DNA of 64,000 bases. Source: Leptogorgia sarmentosa (lineage: Eukaryota). Below are positions 36,401 through 47,125 of the stretch, piece by piece. Numbering within the stretch: position 1 is the stretch's first letter; every line of letters starts with the position of its first letter. The notes beneath the pieces are model-generated. The model saw only the letters and a program-made list of their open reading frames with translations. It was not told the origin of the DNA and did not search any database. Made by a program: the position numbers and the translations under genes. The stretch covers positions 7,378,001 to 7,442,000 of the forward strand of contig OZ210884.1 in NCBI GenBank assembly GCA_964658305.1, in the 5' to 3' direction.

Positions 36401-36996
36401 ATGCAAGATATATTCGTTACTTTCTGGCTACAAAGAAAATAAATGTTTACACCTTTGTCTTCTAAATTTGATCTTACTTACGCTATTTACGCGCGCGTAG
36501 CATAGCATAGCATAGCATAGCATAGCATAGCATAGCATAGCATAGCATAGCATAGCATAGCATAGCATAGCATAGCATAGCATAGCATAGCATAGCATAG
36601 CATAGCATAGCATAGCATAGCATAGCATAGCATAGCATAGCATAGCATAGCATAGCATAGCATAGCATAGCATAGCATAGCATAGCATAGCATAGCATAG
36701 CATAGCATAGCATAGCATAGCATAGCATAGCATAGCATAGCATAGCATAGCATAGCATAGCATAGCATAGCATAGCATAGCATAGCATAGCATAGCATAG
36801 CATAGCGTAGCGTAGCGTAGCGTAGCGTAGCGTAGCGTAGCATAGCATAGCATATACAATATACATATACACTTATTATCTGCGCCTGTTGTTTGATCAT
36901 ATAAAACTATCGTCATGACTTCATCACTACGTCATCAGAACATCAAGACGTCACAGAATTTTGACTAACGTACGAAAAATCCTAGATCCGCCCCTG
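36401..36996 (-). mobile_element. hAT-like element end fragment containing an expanded microsatellite
   Basis: Ends in CTAGATCCGCCCCTG and is an inverted homolog of 37880-38134. Confidence 0.7.
36496..36850. repeat. Pentanucleotide microsatellite (CATAG/CGTAG)n, 71 units
   Basis: 1 CGTAG, 61 CATAG, 7 CGTAG, 2 CATAG. Confidence 0.98.
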
Positions 36997-37879
36997 ACCG
37001 ACTCTCACGCACGTAGTTAGCACGAAGATACAATGACTGCGTGCGAACTGCGTGCGTGAGAGTCGGTGCGAGCATAGTTGATGCCAGGCACAATAAGTAA
37101 CGCCTGGAAAGACAGACTACGAGATTTAAAAATACATTTTCATTATTTTTAATGATTTTTAAGTTAAATATCATAAAAATAAGTGTGTATTTGGGCTACC
37201 AATGGTATAAAGTCAATAAACAAACAATCAATAGTAATAGTAATTTTGTAAAGTAATTTTGTTTGAGTTAGGAATTGGTAAAAAATTTCCTAAAATCTTC
37301 ATGGATTATTTGGTTACAATTTACCGACTAGGTACATGCATTTCAATTGGATATCATGTTATATTTCTTATTTTTTGTCTCAGTTCCATTCAATTAACTA
37401 CCCTACTGCAAAGTCGTATATTGGAGCCGTATTATTGCATTATCATTGTCCTTGAAGCTCGTCTTTGATAAAAAATACTGGATCTTACTCGTGCAAGAAT
37501 GTTCTTAACATTGCACAATATTGACCACACATACGATAATAATAATAAGACATTAACTTTATAAAAGAAGGGAACATATCTTGACCGCCACATTATAGGG
37601 CTTCAGTAATTAAGATCGTGCTCGTTTAAAATCAAGCGGGTGCAAAATAAACAACACGATTGCTCATCGACTTTTGCTTATCAATTCAAGATTCAACGCA
37701 CATATGATCCAAGTTATTACTTACCGAATAAATTGATCACAGATACGGGCGGCTGCACACGATCACTTCTCAATCTTTAACAAAAGGTCGGAGATTCAAA
37801 TGTCAAAGGCAATCTTTAGGGTTTAGGTATATGCAATTGAAATGTGTATATACGTGGGTATGAATACGTTATAATCAGA

Positions 37880-38134
37880 CAGGGGCGGATCTAGGAATTC
37901 TCGTACGTTAGTCAAAATTCTGTGACGTTTTCATGTCCTGATGACGTAAGTGATGACGTCATGACGATAGTTTCATATGATCAAGCAACAGGCGCAGATA
38001 ATAAGTGTATTATGTATATTGTATATGCTATGCTACTACGCGCGCGCAAATAGCGTAAGTAAGATAAAATTTAGAAGGCAAAGGTGACAAATTCATTTTC
38101 TTTGTAGTCAGAAAGTAACGAATATATCTTGCAT
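37880..38134 (+). mobile_element. hAT-like element end fragment (unexpanded sister copy)
   Basis: Begins CAGGGGCGGATCTAG and aligns with the reverse complement of 36401-36996, but has only TATGCTATGCTA at the microsatellite position. Confidence 0.7.
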
Positions 38135-39260
38135 ACAGTGTTACAGACCAGAGATACATTACATATCAAAGCTTATTAGCAACCTGAAGGCTGAATTTTA
38201 ATACGATTTAACGATTAGGATAATATAAACACGCTGTTTAACCTTTCAATCGAACGATTTGTTAAAATTCTAACGGCATTAGCTACCTTATTATCGCCAT
38301 ATATATACATACATCTCTTGGTCTGTTGAGATATAAAGGAAATCTACGCCGAAATCCATCCGATGCACGCGAAATCAACACTTCATCGTCTGCGAAATAT
38401 TCGCAAATATATGTCGTTAACTTGTTATTGTAATATGAGATATCAACAATGTTACAAGAAGCCAATCAGAGGAGACGTTTTTTACTTGACTTTGCGCAAA
38501 ATAATCCAATCACAACCCTCCATCTAACTGCAGAATTAGTAAAAAAATCCACGTGCTTTAGTAAAAATTTCGCAATCTTTAGTCAAAATATTTTTGACCA
38601 ATCAACACGCCTGTAATGTGCGGCTAGAGCAAATTGGACCAATCAAATTTCATGATCTAAAACGCAGAATAGGCAATTTTCATTCGAATACCGCTTATTT
38701 TACTATTCGGTTGACTAATCAATCGCTGAGAAAAAACACACACACTCGGAATTAATGGCCAATTACATAATAGTGATATTTCAATAAAAAAAGAGTATAG
38801 ATAATTATAATATATAGTGATAATTTATTGCAAGTTCATTTGTCTGATATGTTTTTTTTATATTTCTTATCGGGCTGGAAATCGGCTGTGATCCAGTTCA
38901 CATTATTTTTCACTGTGGTTGAAAGAGAGAATACTTCTAGAGAGTTTATTAAGCTTCGCGTTCAAACGTGAAACGACAAATGCCGGACAAAGACAAATTA
39001 TCAACTCTAAGGGATTAAAGTGTAAATGGACTTGCGGTTCTGAAACTTCAATGCCTTTAATTATTCTTGTGACACGAGGAAGAAAATTTGAAATAAAGTG
39101 GGTAAACCAATGTTCTGCATCCTACGACCCTGCCGTTCGTCGTTCACTACAAAAAAAACACGAAGCTTAAACTCTCGAATACCGAGATTGATACGGAGGT
39201 AAAAACGGTATCTACTAAAATAATTTTCAATTCTGGTTTTTTAGCAGCAAGGCTAAAAAT

Positions 39261-42021
39261 TCAATATCGCAGTCCGTCAAAATTTCGCGGTATTTGTACA
39301 GCTGGTTCGTCATTGCAAAGTTCTCCCCTTTCTTTCAAAACGTTAACTCGTTTGATGGCATATTCCAATAATTTCTTGAAGCTTTTAGGTTTAGGGTTAG
39401 AACCCGGGTTAAGGTCTGAGATAGGATTAGAGTCGGGTTTAGGGATAGGGTTGGATGTTTCAGTAATTTTTTTAGCTAGTTTTTCAGCTGTGGACGCTTC
39501 ATCCATGGCGTTCTTTAGGAACTTCTTTTTCTCCATTTTATTTTCTTTAATTTCAGATAGTCTCGTAGAGTAATCGCTTTTTGCTAAATGGTATTCGATT
39601 TCTCGAAATTTGGTTAAATCGTTTCCGTTCAGTTGATTCTTAAAAACGGTAGAGAGCTCTGCATTCGCAGCGTCCAAATCTTGTTGGGTGGGTGCAATTT
39701 CAGCTGCTTCTCCCGTGAGTGTGAAGTTCAACAATACGAACGCTTTGTAAATGCAAAGCTTGTTCTGAAAATCATAAATTCTGTATTGAATGTGATCTTC
39801 AGTAAGAGCAGTTGCTACTCTACCAGCTTCTTCTAAATAAACTAATGCTTCTTTGCGCAAATCGCCAAATCTTTCAACGACGTGCTTATTTTGAAAAGCC
39901 AGGCATACAGCGTTCATAGCACACTCAAGGTATAACCACAGAAGACAAAGTCCGGCAGGAATATTCTGTCCAAGCTGCAAACCTTCTTTTCCTTTTTCGT
40001 AACTTTCCTCGTAATTCTCTAAACTTCGAGCAACTAGGGATTGTGAAAGATAAAGGCGAACCTTAAAAATTAATTGGTCCAATTGTGAGTCATTTACCAA
40101 TTTCTCATATTCCTGCAATAATGTTTGAGCCTTTTCTGCATCACCACTTTTATAAGCAATCGTAACTCGGCCAGCCTTTGATACAATTGCAAGATTGCTA
40201 TTTTTTTCTTTACATTGTTCACTTTCCGCCAATCTGCACAATTTTTCAAAGCCATCAAAATCCCCTGCGTCTCTATGGTCAACTAACATTTCGCTCAGTT
40301 CAATAAATAACTTCTTGTTGCGTTCTGTACTCCAATTGACGGGATCCATTTCTTTTGGTTTGATAATAAAATATTTTGAGAACGCACCATAGATAAATGA
40401 CTTCCACCATGTATCAAAATCCATTTTCTTGACCTGTTCGTAAAAATGACATCAATAAATATTTTTTTTTTCGAATTCCGGTTAGGAAATACACCATGCA
40501 TTAGGCATATTATATAAAATTACCAAAAATTAATTATACCAAAAATTAATGGTCATACTGCGAGAACATAATTCCCCTTCCACCCGGATGACAAATGAAG
40601 TTTGTATGATATTATTTAAAGAAGATTCCAGGAGAGAAAATATTTCCAAATTATATTAAATAATAATTTTATTATTAAAAAATAAAGACTTACATTTCCG
40701 TCTTCGAGGTAGTAACTCACCGGTTCGGCGGTGAACACCCCTCCGCGGCAAAATGCAACAAAGACAACGACAACGTAAGTTGATTCGACGACCTCACCCT
40801 TTTCATTCTCTACTTTTGGAAAATAGATTTCCCAATCGACGCCTCGCTTCGGCGATATTTTTCTCTCCGTCCAAACCAGTTTCGTTATTGCTTTTGTCAC
40901 TGCAGACTCAACAGCCTTTAGATCTTCTTCGGTAAGTTTTTCGCCAATTACATCCAGGGTTCCATCATCAATTCCGTAATAAATATGCCCACCTCGATGG
41001 TTCGCAAATCCGGAAACATAGCTCGAAAACTTGTTTTTCTCATTCACCATTCGTTTCGCAAAGGTAATTTTGGCTGAACTTGATGACTCGGACTTCAAAT
41101 GTTTCAGCTGAACGGCATCACTTTCATTTAATTCTGAAGACTTGCCTTTAACAAAATGAACTTTGTGCGAACCTTTGACGACACAGTTTTCAACAATGCT
41201 CTGTTGTAGCATGCTTCGGATATTGTGTCGATCGTCTCCTGCTACTGCAATTATTTGTTTCTGTGTAGGTACGTACAGATTGTAGTTCAGCGTAATGAAC
41301 TGACTACACTTTTTTACCTTTATGACAGTTTTAGGGGCGTCCTTTCCACCCTCTTCTAGAATTTTAACACAAGTGGAAATTGCAGTCGCACCGATAATGG
41401 GCATGATAGCTTGTTCAATTTTCCTGGCATCCAGTTGAATGTCAGTAACGTAAATAGTTCCGCCATCGGTATTGAGCAATGCGCACACAGGTGGGAGAAT
41501 ATTTTGGTTAATGAAGGCAGTGGTATTCTTCTTATTTCTTTGACCTGATATCTTGATGACATCATCGATTCTATTGAAAATCAGGTGAACAAAATATAAT
41601 TGAAAAAATTGTTATTAAGATAGTGGATAAATGAAGCTGTCTTGATAAAACAATATGTCGTCATTCAACCTCAAGCTAACGCTGCTAGTGTACACTAGTA
41701 AACGCACTACGTGTCCACAAATTGATGGACAAGTTCTTTTTTCGATTGTTAATTCCTCTAAATAAAACAAGGAAGTTGGCATTTTTTGCTGCCTCTGTAT
41801 GGCTCAGCGGAGCGGTTTATCTAGTGTAGCATTTTCAAACTGTTGCTAGCCAAATTTTAAAAAAATGTGCGTATCTACATTCTGACTTGGATTAAAATCT
41901 ATATTTCAGTAAAATTTCTAATAAGCCCATTCAACTTTTTAAAATTTTTGATTTTCAGAATTGGTCGCATAGTATGAGAAAGGTTAATTAATTTTGCTTA
42001 CTTTTTTTGTAGGTAATCCAT
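39261..42021 (-). CDS. Schlafen/AlbA_2-domain protein fused to a C-terminal TPR-like helical domain, about 689 aa
   Basis: complement join(42002-42021 MDYLQK, 40694-41570, 39261-40433); phases 2 and 0 are consistent; total 2070 nt. Schlafen motifs: CALLNTDGGTI, ESDAVQLK, YVSGFANHRGGHIYYGIDD, GGVFTAEPVSY...VKKMDFDTWW. The C-terminal region shows repeated TPR-like helices. The short first exon is less certain. Confidence 0.85.
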
Positions 42022-45000
42022 TTTGTTTTAAAGCAACTGTCAAATTCAATTGGTGGCAACACTGACTCTAGAAAGATGCAAAGAATGTTTTACAATTTAT
42101 ATAAATGGTGGCATTGAGGCATTCACTGAACGGTGAACCTGAGTTCACTGTTTAATTCCAGAACGTTTACGTTTTCCAAATGCAAGAATTAACACGTACG
42201 CTATTGGGCGTTTTTATGGTTGTTTGCAGTGGCGTGGATTTTGAATTTCAGCCGGTGACGGTCAAGTATGAAGAAAATCTATCCTACTTCCCGGTCGAGA
42301 AGTCATAATTATTCCGTGATTCATGTACAAGTCAATTCAATTCCCAAAGGTATCACAGCGCACGTTCAAACGTACGGCACGAAGGTACGAAGGATGTCAA
42401 ATAAAAAGACGATTTCAATTTCCAAGTGCACGAAAAGCTTACTCAGGTGTGTATGTATTATTGTTAAATTGGAGCAATATGAATTGGCTAATATGAATTG
42501 GCTAATATGAATTCGAATTTTTAATGTGTCATTTAATTGTGTTTTAATGTACTTTTTTTACTCACATTGTATATATAGCGCTCTGGCAACTCAAGTGGAC
42601 TGGAGCACAGGCTACTGTGGTGTTGCTTTCATCGCAGTTTTGTATAATATGCATCAGTGCTTAACGACGACACTCAGAATAAATCGAAAGCAATTTAATT
42701 AAGAGCTTAACGAATATAATAGAAGAAATAGCCGTTAATACGCGTTACTGTCTGAAAAGATATCCAATTGACATTATTAATTATTTTGGAAGTTATTTGG
42801 ATGATCCTATAAAGTAGGAATGCGTGTATTACAATTTATAGGAATTTCAAATGCCAATTTGAGTAATTTGACACATAGCTACATATATGTGTCATAAAAT
42901 ACAACGGTAAGCACATAGCTGCATATACTGCATGAAAATGACAAATGGTGATTATGTTGGTATTCCTACTTATGCCACAGTAATATACTATAAAACTATA
43001 ACTATGATAGTCGATATAAAAAACTTTTAGACTGATATTATTATATATTGAAGGAATTTGAAGCATAATTATTACGTATTCAAACAGTGGGCTGTAACAG
43101 TATTCATTCAGTATAGAATTACAAAATCGAAAGTGATATATGTTCAAAACAACAGCTTTTAAAATCAGCTGACAATACTAAAATTTTGTATGTCTTGTAT
43201 ATGTCACGGGTCTAGCTTGGTCGAGGAATGGTCGAAAATATATGAAAAATCGACGTTATCACGTTAATACAGAAACTGTACACACAATACGAAGACACAG
43301 CATTATGCACTAGACGCGACCAGCCTGTTGACGGCTTTGACTTAAAAATCGTCCTCCAATATTTAACAAAATGCAACAAAGAACATTTAATGTCATGTAT
43401 ATATATATATATATATGTTTTAAATATTTTGTTACCTTTGATCAATCAACGTAGTTACTGTATACACTTCGTGCTTTAGAAGACATAAATATTTGAGTGA
43501 TATATATTTCAATATGTATTTGCATATATTTGAAGTGTCAACTGACTCCGTTATTAGATATCCGGCTCAATTTCCATATTAAACAATCCTGATATAGAGT
43601 CAGGTTAAAACTAAAGAAAATTGTTGCATCGCGAGTGTGAAAATTAAACTACTATTGAATGAGGTCCCTTAGGATATAAGTAATTATTAAGGCCAAGGTT
43701 TGGGTTATTTTTTGTTAGACACAAACAGAGCCCTTTATAATTTGGCATATCGTACGAGAACCAGTAGAACCGAATTTAATAATTGTTTTATTATTTATTG
43801 TAAAGATTCTGATCGCTAACTTTACAACTTTACAACTTTACAAACGCACTTCAACCTCAACTCGATACTGATGCGGTCACCGTCTGACACCTACAGTGCG
43901 TAACTGCTTCTTAAAAAAAAATTCCAACGTCTATTAAAGCATAAAAAGGTCAGCCGCTCATTTTTAAGCTGAAATTTAGACCGTTGTCGAGTTGGTCCCA
44001 TTGTAGATCTTAAGTTCCTTATTAACATGATCTCTGTACTTTACTTCTGTAGTTCTCTGTATGAGTTTATTTGCTAATTATAATAAATTTATTACTGCTC
44101 CTTTATTAAATAGTCCTGAAATACTTGAAAAACTTTTAAATTTTACATTGAGAAAAAATTTATATGTATGTTTATGCAAGGAGGTCGTAGAATTTACATG
44201 CTGATCTTCCAGAATTGGTTATATGAAACTCCTTTAGATTTGCAAAAAATGTGGCAGAAATGTAGAATCTAAATCCCATTCAATATCAGAACAAAGTATA
44301 CATGAAATATAACTGCGTGCATGTAATTAAGATCATTAATATACACCTTATGACACTAATGAAGTCATATAGCGAATATATAGTATATAGTGAAATTTTA
44401 TTAATATTTAATTGGCTAGTCTTAATATTAAAAAATCCGCATTGACTGAGTGCCCGTACTGTCTGAAACAAAAACATGTAGCTACCAAACACACGAAACA
44501 TTCAGACTATACATACGTAACAATGAAGCAGATTTAAAGCTAATCCTTTTGCAGAAAGAATAAAGCAAATCTAAACATCTGCAATGTTTCAGTTAATATC
44601 GGTAGCTACCGACAAAAACAAAGCTAAAGAAAATTATTCGTTCCTGCTTCAAATACCCATTTAGACAATTGGATGAAAGTGCATGCAGCTGTCAATACAA
44701 AGGGGCATCCTGTACTGCTGTACGAGAGATTTTTCTTCATTGCTTCTGTTTGACACCGGCACCAATTCCTACCAGGTATTTTTTTTTAACAAAAACTTAA
44801 CAATTCTGCAATAACAAACTAAAAACCTTTTTAAACCTTTGAAGCATGAAACAGGCATGCACCACTATTATTTAATTCATTGTTAGTTTAACAATGTACA
44901 GCAATTGAATATGTTAATTAACGTGATCAATATCTAATAATATAGACTTTATTATAAACAAGTTTTAAAAGCTACAAAGGCTGGAAAGCATATTTAAAAC

Positions 45001-45065
45001 GAGGTTTGGACTTTGGAGGGAATGCTTTCAGTCAAATCAGTAGTCATATAGCCAACGTGCCCAAG

Positions 45066-45995
45066 ATGAATCAGAGTGAGAAAGTAGGAAACCTTTTAAC
45101 AACGTGTTACCTCCTCCACAAAAAAACAGATCATGTCACAGGATTTTCGTCCAAGAAGTATGAAATCAACCGAAAATCTGATATTGCTTTCCTCGGTCTC
45201 CTAATGCTGTTAACGATCTTTTTGAATGCAGTTGCCATAATAACCATCCAAAAAACTCCCAAGTTAAAAAAGAAGCTCTGTCACTTCCTTATTCTTATCC
45301 AGTCAGTCGTTGATTTAGGAGTTGGATGCATCGTCATACCGGCAGTAACCGTCTTCTTACTTGAACCATTCATACACGTTGACGTTTGTATTTCAATTTT
45401 CTTAGCAAGATCAACCTTATTTTTATTCACTGGTTTATCGATAGTCACATTATCAGCATTGACTTTGGAGAGATATCTTGGTGTGCTTCATCCCTGTTTC
45501 CACCGTACACATCTAACAAAGACAGGAATTGTCATTTATGTCGTTGGGGGAACTTTGGTGCTATTGTCAATAATTGTTGGTTCAAACTTTATTGAAAGTG
45601 GAATAATCAAGTACATTTCAATATCGATACTTGCAACATTTTTAATTCTCGTCGTCTTCGCTTACACTCGAATATATCTCGTGATCCGAAAGATAACCCG
45701 AGTCCATACAGATGCCGAAGCAGGCGAAGAAAATCGAAAACATTTATCCCGTGAAAGAAAACATGCTCTAGCTTGCTTCATTGTCGTGGCTATTTTTGTT
45801 TTACTGCTAATTCCTTTCATGCTGCATCCAATTTTTGAAAAATTCGGAAGAATGACTTCCAACGCATATATCTGGTGGTCAGTGTCATTACTGCTCTCAA
45901 TCTCCTCCATGAACTCAACTATATTTTTTTGGCAGAATACCGTTTTGAGAAACGAAGCCAAAAAAGTCGCGAAAAACATGTTCATGTTCATATGA
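45066..45995 (+). CDS. Intronless class A (rhodopsin-like) GPCR, about 309 aa
   Basis: Seven hydrophobic segments, TM1 LN, TM2 SVVD, TM3 LTLERY, TM6 LIPF, TM7 NSTIFFW, and an N-terminal NQS sequon. ATG 45066 is preferred over the TTG at 45006. Confidence 0.9.
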   Translation: MNQSEKVGNLLTTCYLLHKKTDHVTGFSSKKYEINRKSDIAFLGLLMLLTIFLNAVAIITIQKTPKLKKKLCHFLILIQSVVDLGVGCIVIPAVTVFLLEPFIHVDVCISIFLARSTLFLFTGLSIVTLSALTLERYLGVLHPCFHRTHLTKTGIVIYVVGGTLVLLSIIVGSNFIESGIIKYISISILATFLILVVFAYTRIYLVIRKITRVHTDAEAGEENRKHLSRERKHALACFIVVAIFVLLLIPFMLHPIFEKFGRMTSNAYIWWSVSLLLSISSMNSTIFFWQNTVLRNEAKKVAKNMFMFI

Positions 45996-46035
45996 AGGTA
46001 GGTATTTGGAAGTCTACTAAACATGCAGCAGGTTA

Positions 46036-46211
46036 CAGTAGCGTAGGAAGACCAATAATTAGGGGGGGGGGGGCACATATTCATCTATTTTTGTCCACAG
46101 ACCTTAAAGACAATCGATCACAATGATGATAATGATGATAATGATGCAGTGCATGAATATATGAATGTGCATGTGCCCTCCCCCACAATTATCCATCTTC
46201 CTACGCAACTG
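46036..46211. mobile_element. hAT-like MITE
   Basis: TIRs CAGTAGCGTAGGAAGA / TCTTCCTACGCAACTG with G-run/C-run subterminals; the TSD is not preserved. Confidence 0.7.
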
Positions 46212-47125
46212 GGATAAGTTGTATAATTTCTGTATAATCTAAGGTTGTAAAAAATGTCCAGCTCGTACAATTAGACAAATAATGACATTTCCTATGCCAA
46301 GCAAAAAATTTGTTAACAATCTGCGGAACAATCCTTCTTCATGCAGAACTTATCATTAATGTCTTACAAAAGAGTTTGATACAAAGAATTCCGGTCGAAT
46401 ATGACTCAAAATATTGTATGTAATTTCATGTCCTATTTCATTATAATTTACTACTCTATATAGCGTAGGGTGATCAGATGAAATAAGTTTGTAATTTTGT
46501 GATCACTGTCCAAAAAGCGTTTTGGGGCGGATAGGAGTTACTGAAAACACAGAGTGCTCATAAAAATGTTTATTAAATACATTCCACACAAAGAAATATT
46601 CTAAAATAAATTGATCATCTAACCAGAAATATATTGTACTAAATTTCGAACTTTTAAAAGTTTGTTTTAAAAAAAGAAAATTTTAAAACCACAGAGTGAA
46701 ATAGCTGTAATAAATACTATTCAATATCACGTGACCATAATTAACCAATCAAACAACCTGAATGTAATGAGGTATTATATTATATTCAATAACTAGTCGA
46801 AACTGAAGATTATGTTGCAGAAACAACACGCACTTTATTTGTCGATTAATTCTTTTGATTGGCGATAGGTCATCATTCTTTTTCCTCATTTTCTTCAATC
46901 TGTGGCAATACTACAAGATTTAGCCGATTCTAATAAAAAAGCAAGGTCAATATATTTAGGAAACAGCATTAATCACAATTTTGGGGCTTGACGTGTGTTG
47001 GTTGTGAGTGAAAATTAATATAAACACGTCGGAATTTCAACAGGGGATAGCTAAGAAAAATCATCAACTTTGTGAATCCCCTGTCTGGACTCGAACTTAA
47101 ACGTGTGTGATGAAATGTAGCCTAG

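Larger units (their letters stand above)
36283..37200. mobile_element. Inverted-repeat element with roughly 120-bp arms, interrupted by a second element
   Basis: 36283-36402 is the reverse complement of 37081-37200 with few mismatches; this is also visible as the twin ORFs MIFNLKIIKNNENV. Confidence 0.75.

Noticed and set aside
36428..36916. ORFs with (YAMLC)n repeats
   Set aside because: These are translations of the (CATAG)n microsatellite, open in all three minus-strand frames.
41356..41565. ATG at 41565 as the Schlafen start, implying a frameshift
   Set aside because: It is out of frame. The Schlafen frame is open back to the acceptor at 41570 and joins a phase-2 exon at 42002-42021, so no frameshift is needed.
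45662..46084. 140-aa antisense ORF over the GPCR, and similar shadow ORFs over Ig, kinase and TPR exons
   Set aside because: These are antisense shadows of real coding exons with no independent motifs.
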